From IMG/VR virus record IMGVR_UViG_3300048852_000128, positions 1 to 46,746 of that record: a stretch of DNA of 46,746 bases. One strand, 5' to 3'. The position numbers and the translations under genes are program-made. Below are positions 46,276-46,746 of this stretch, one piece after another (position 1 is the stretch's first letter; each line of letters starts with the position of its first letter). The notes under the pieces are model-generated. The model ran no database searches, was not told the origin of the DNA, and saw only the letters and a program-made list of their open reading frames with translations. The DNA comes from a virus. Lineage: Duplodnaviria; Caudoviricetes.

Positions 46276-46746
46276 TCAGAAGATGGTGGTTATCCGCCCG
46301 TTTTTTGCAGGGTTGGAAGTCATGTTCCCAATCCGGCCCATGCCCTCGGCCGCTATTCGCGCCCGCGCTGCCGCCCTCGTAGCGACCTCCGCGAACGCCA
46401 ACGTGCGCAGGCCCAGCACCGACATGATCCGGGGGGCAGTGGTGCCGGCCTCGGCAAGGCGGCGGCCGCAGCGCTTGCGCAGGCCGTGGGGTGAGCGCCC
46501 CGGTGGAACGCCGGCGATGTTGTACCAGTCCCGGAACGGGTTGTAGAAGCCGCGCGGGCTGAAGGGCTTGCCGAAGCTGGTCAGCAGATTAGGTGAGTTG
46601 ATCCTTCGGTACGTGCGCCACCTCGCTGGCCAGCTCAGCGTGCAGCGGAATGGAATCTCGTGCCCCGTCTTCACCTGACGCACGCGGACGCCGGGCCTGC
46701 GCGAACCATCGGGCAGCACGATCCCGGTCAGGTGCTGCCGCCCCAT
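46276..46746 (-). pseudogene. Degenerate tyrosine integrase (C-terminal part; 5' end outside the window)
   Basis: HGLRK motif present, but VLGLRTLAFAEVAT replaces the expected GH...Y (catalytic His and Tyr absent). Confidence 0.75.

Larger units (their letters stand above)
46041..46318 (+). repeat. AGGGTTGGAA direct repeats, putative integrase arm-binding sites
   Basis: TAGGGTTGGAA at 46041 and 46091, CAGGGTTGGAA at 46308. Confidence 0.55.

Noticed and set aside
46276-46746. Integrase of the main prophage
   Set aside because: Lies beyond the attR-like core and the intact tRNA, and lacks catalytic residues

Overview
GC-rich window, apparently from an alphaproteobacterium (inferred from a GAAC-N7-GAAC LexA-type box and the gene families). 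It is almost entirely one temperate prophage whose left end (integrase/attL) lies outside the window. Order: leftward early genes; CI-like S24 repressor and Cro-like switch with five 16-bp palindromic operators; CII-like gene; P-loop replication protein with an iteron-like origin; late regulator; lambda-like cos site; lambda-type head genes; Mu-type contractile tail with a -1 frameshifted chaperone; three receptor-binding-type genes (fibre, sialidase-like, Kelch-like); holins and a GH19 endolysin. The right boundary is a duplicated tRNA 3' end (attR-like, 46134-46152), followed by an intact tRNA-Arg(ACG) and a degenerate tyrosine integrase. Three accessory insertions stand out. (1) A reverse-strand lipoprotein between terL and gpW. 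(2) A ~4.2-kb cassette inside the head operon carrying an OLD-family ABC-ATPase-TOPRIM nuclease plus a PD-(D/E)xK-like nuclease (best candidate for an undescribed two-gene anti-phage system), with a decayed RelE-type TA pair and an IS66 scrap. (3) A right-end cluster with an FkbM methyltransferase bracketed by a duplicated endolysin 3' end, a SieB-like gene, HicAB, a translationally coupled pair of HEPN-motif proteins (second candidate system) and a LexA-boxed SRAP operon. All product calls come from motif reading and gene order by eye; no database searches were run.
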